Source: Mobula hypostoma (taxonomy: Eukaryota). From it: 64,000 nucleotides of DNA. Where the stretch lies: contig NC_086102.1 of NCBI RefSeq assembly GCF_963921235.1, forward strand, positions 37,138,001 to 37,202,000, given 5' to 3'. The position numbers and the translations under genes are program-made. This document shows, piece after piece, positions 60,680-64,000 of the stretch (position 1 is its first letter; each line of letters begins with the position of its first letter). Under the pieces are notes generated by a model that saw only the letters and a list, made by a program, of their open reading frames with translations, was not told where the DNA came from and did no database searches.

Positions 60680-61500
60680 TGGGACTTTAGGATTGCAAGC
60701 AATCTCACTCAGGCTTCAGAAGAGCATCAAGTAAGCACACTGATATACTGCATGGGTGACAAAGCAGAGAGCATCGTGGGAGGATTAGGACTGACAGATG
60801 CTAAGGAAAAGGTGTACAGAACAGTGCAGGACAATTTCAAAGAATACTTCACAGGAAAGTGAAATGTGATATATGAAATGGCAAAGTTCAGAAAAGAGGA
60901 GCCAAATGTAAATAAAATCAGCTCAACGTTGTATGCCTCTTCAGACAACTGTTCATTTGGGAATCTGAGAAGTGAGCTCATTCAGGATAGGACTGCTGTA
61001 CGGCCACTGGACACCAAACTGTCAGAAAGACCAGTTGCAGGCAGATCTCACACTGGAGAAAGCTATTACTATAGTCAGGCAGATTGAGGATGTTCGTCAG
61101 CAACAGGCAGAACTCAGGCATGAAAACGATACTGAGGTAAAGCTAGAAGCTGTACAAGAAGAAGGTTGCAAACAAGCTGCAGTCAGAAAGACTACAGAAG
61201 AGGTGACAGTAGAACTCAGTTCAAATAAAACAGGCAAGCGAAACAAAGAGCAGGTAAAATGTCCACCTGTAGGAGATGCAGCAGGTCTTCATTCCATGTC
61301 AAAGAGCTCAATCCAGCAAAAGAATTGAAATGCCACCAATGTATAGAATTGGCCATTATAAAAGCCAGAAAGACAAGGCTGGTATACTGTGGTTTAGCTG
61401 AAAAATGAGACAGTGACATTCAAAATGGAGACCAGGACAGATGTCATGGCCATCGTTGAATGTCTGTTCATAAAACTGGTGAAGAAAACAGACATTACAC
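60680..61500 (+). mobile_element. Ty3/Gypsy gag-protease remnant
   Basis: QLQADLTLEKAITIVRQ, a degenerate Zn knuckle, and a VTFKM(E)TRTDV remnant of the aspartic protease motif. Confidence 0.65.
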
Positions 61501-61769
61501 TAAAACCTAACAAAGAAAGTGGCCATGGGGCCAGGGAAAAATAAGTTCATAAAATAGTGTTAATAGTGCCATGCAGTTAGCCACTCCCACATGGGAGGAG
61601 TTCACATACTCTACAAGGAGGGTTATCAGTAAAGTTCACCTGAATATCCTGCATGCTGATGTCTTGATGTCTGCACTGTCCCTCAATATTGAATACAATT
61701 CCATGTACTCAACAAAATCACCATTAAGAAACACTACCCTCTCCCTTTGATGCATAGAATATTCAAACA

Positions 61770-63610
61770 CTTTGCAGGACTCAGATCTTTGCCAAACTCG
61801 ATTTAAGGAGTGCATACAACGTGATTTCCATCTGCTGGGGGTTGAGTGGAAGATGGCGTTCATAACACCCACTGGTCACTACAAATACTTGATGATGCTT
61901 TTTGGACTTTCTCGCACTTCAGCTGTTTTCCAAGTCTACATTAAAGAGATCTTTTGGGACATGCTATACAGATATGTCTTCATCTGCCTCCACGACATTC
62001 TCATCTTCTCCCAGGATCCCTAAGAAAACACCTGTCATGTCTGACCAGTCCTTCAGCATCTCATTAAAAAACAACTGTACTGCAAGTTAGAGAAGTGCCA
62101 GTTCACAGCTCAGTCATTTCCTTCCAGGCTTACGTCCTGCCACCCCAAGGCATAACCAAGGACCCACAGAAAGTGCTCACTACAGTTGAATGGCCCTGAC
62201 CACACTCCCTCAAACAGCTACAGTGCTTGTTGGCTTTCTCCAACTTCTACTGCCATTTCATCAGGAACTGCAGCCGAGTTGCTGATCCTCTCACCTTCCT
62301 CACCAATTCCCTTCCTCATGGATAACCTGGCCTGTTGCCATGGACCACGTTTTTGAAGTCAAGGGATGCTTCACCACTACTCCTGATCTTCACCACCCAG
62401 ACCTCACGTGGTAGAAGTAGATGGATCTGACATGGCGTCGGGGTCATCCTTTCCCAGCGAGGACCAGATGGGAAGACATCCCTTGTGACTTCTTCTCGTG
62501 CAAGTTGAACTCTACACAGTGCCTTTATAGAGTAGGAGACAGGGAGGTACTTGCCATTAAGTGGGCCTTGGAAGAATAGAGACATTGGCTGAAAGGAAAT
62601 ACTTAACCTCTTCACTGATCACCAGAACCTATATCTACACAAAAAACTCGCCAACTCAATTCATGTCAGGCTCACTGGGCCCTCCACTTCAAGCAGTTTG
62701 GCCCAGCTGAAATTTAGATTGGCTCTCAGTGTAGTAGTCCATACTTGCTGATCCGGACCCAGAACACCTGGTAGATCCACCAGACGCTACAGCGTGAGCC
62801 TGCTCTGTCCACAACCACATGACTGTGGTGATGGCAGTGTGGTCTGATGCATTCCAGAGGGCTCACACCTCAAACCCCTCCAGCCTTCAATGAGCCCAGT
62901 CCAATTCCTCCAGCCAATGGCCCTCTGGGCTCCTGTGGTCACGAACAGCTGTGGTCCTACATCTCCATAGATTTCATCACTGGTTTGCCGACTTCTGATG
63001 GGGACATGGTGATCATGATGGTGGTGGACTGGTTCTCTAAGTATCCAGCTTCATTGTCCTCTCCAACCCCCCGTCAGCCATTGAGATGGTGGACTTGGTT
63101 CTGCAATGTGTAGTTCATCTCCACTATTTCCCTGAGGACATATTGTCTGACCAGGGCTCACAATTTGTCCCCTGCTTCCAGCAAGCCTTTGGCTCCCACC
63201 TCCACACCTCACTGAGTTTGTCCTATGGTTATCAGCAGCTGCAGACCAATGATCAGTCAGAAAAAGCCAATCTGCAAATGGAGAGGTTTCTGCAATGCTT
63301 TGCTGCCTCAAACCCTTCCACGTGGAAGAAGCATTGATTCTGGGCCGAACTGTCCCACAACCTACACACCTCCACTGCCAGGGTAATCACCGGTTGAAGT
63401 TCTTCAAGACTACCAACCCCTACTCTTTCCCCACAGAGGAACACCGGTGAAAGTCCAGTCTTCCAGGGCCATTGTTTGCCACTGCCAGAATGCTTCAGAG
63501 GGAACAGAGGGCAATCCTAGCTGCCAACCACACCTACTGCTTCCAGGCCAACCACCCGTGGAGCCCAGCCAGACTATTCCAGCCTGGGAACCGTGTCTGA
63601 TTGAGCACCC
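61770..63610 (+). mobile_element. Ty3/Gypsy pol remnant (RT, RNase H, integrase)
   Basis: EWKMAFITPTGHYKYLMMLFGL, LHDILIFS, ISIDFITGLP, VVDWFSK, ILSDQGSQF and QTNDQSEKAN; many frameshifts. Confidence 0.85.
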
Positions 63611-63699
63611 AAAATAATCCACTCTTCATAAACTGTGAGCACCAGGTGATACTACTCATTAAAAAAATCAGAAACGGCTGGCTATAAAGAAAAAATTAA

Positions 63700-64000
63700 T
63701 GACTTTGGTTGCACAAAGGGTAAAAAGCTTATGTATACTGAGCTATTCAGACAGTATTTTGAAATAATCCAACAAGAAACGAGTGCTAATTTTGCTAAGT
63801 GTATTAGGTTTAAAGGTGTTCAGTTTGCTTCGAAGTTTGACTGCCCCAACCAAACCGTTAGAAATGAGCTTGTAAAAAGTGATGCTGGAACACCTAGAAC
63901 AAAAGCCATTGTTAATTGTAGAACACTTTACGCTTCATGAGCAGAATCAAAGAGTAGGGGCCTCCATTCCAGCGTACATGGCTGAATTGAAGAGATTGGT
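63700..64000 (+). mobile_element. Gypsy gag remnant, truncated by the window end
   Basis: Frameshifted RFHEQNQRVGASIPAYMAELKRL. Confidence 0.6.

Noticed and set aside
27500-64000. CD47 ortholog downstream of BBX
   Set aside because: No exons encoding a five-TM domain were found, and CD47 has no C1 domain, so the IgSF gene is not CD47.
1-64000. CRISPR arrays, rRNA/tRNA genes, prokaryotic operons, and the many 60-150 aa ORFs
   Set aside because: The DNA is eukaryotic and intron-containing, with no spacer arrays or structural RNA genes seen; the tRNA-like sequence is a SINE head. Short ORFs are TE fragments, their antisense frames, or random.

Overview
This is vertebrate genomic DNA. The repeat set (CR1, Penelope-like, V-SINE/HE1-like, Rex1/Babar, RTE, Tx1, Tc1, Gypsy) and the divergence of BBX suggest a cartilaginous fish, probably a ray (inference). 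The left part (+ strand) holds the 3' half of BBX: seven coding exons from 613 to a stop at 19589, then an AT-rich stretch of about 8 kb with no recognisable transposons, probably the 3' UTR. Tail-to-tail with it on the minus strand (about 46.9 to 35.6 kb) I assembled an intact, non-rearranging immunoglobulin-superfamily gene of about 296 aa: leader, V domain with germline-joined J motif, C1 domain, TM exon and short tail, all joined by phase-1 introns. Its V domain has a CD28/CTLA-4-like PPP loop and extra cysteines. Read-through of the C1 splice donor gives a peptide resembling the IgM secretory tailpiece (penultimate Cys), with AATAAA 1 nt after the stop. This suggests an IgH-like secreted/membrane switch, although that AATAAA may derive from a LINE tail. 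Most of the remainder is transposon debris, including a near-full-length Penelope-like element and several minimal hammerhead ribozyme motifs. Repeat boundaries are approximate and read by eye; exon boundaries were checked for frame and phase by hand.
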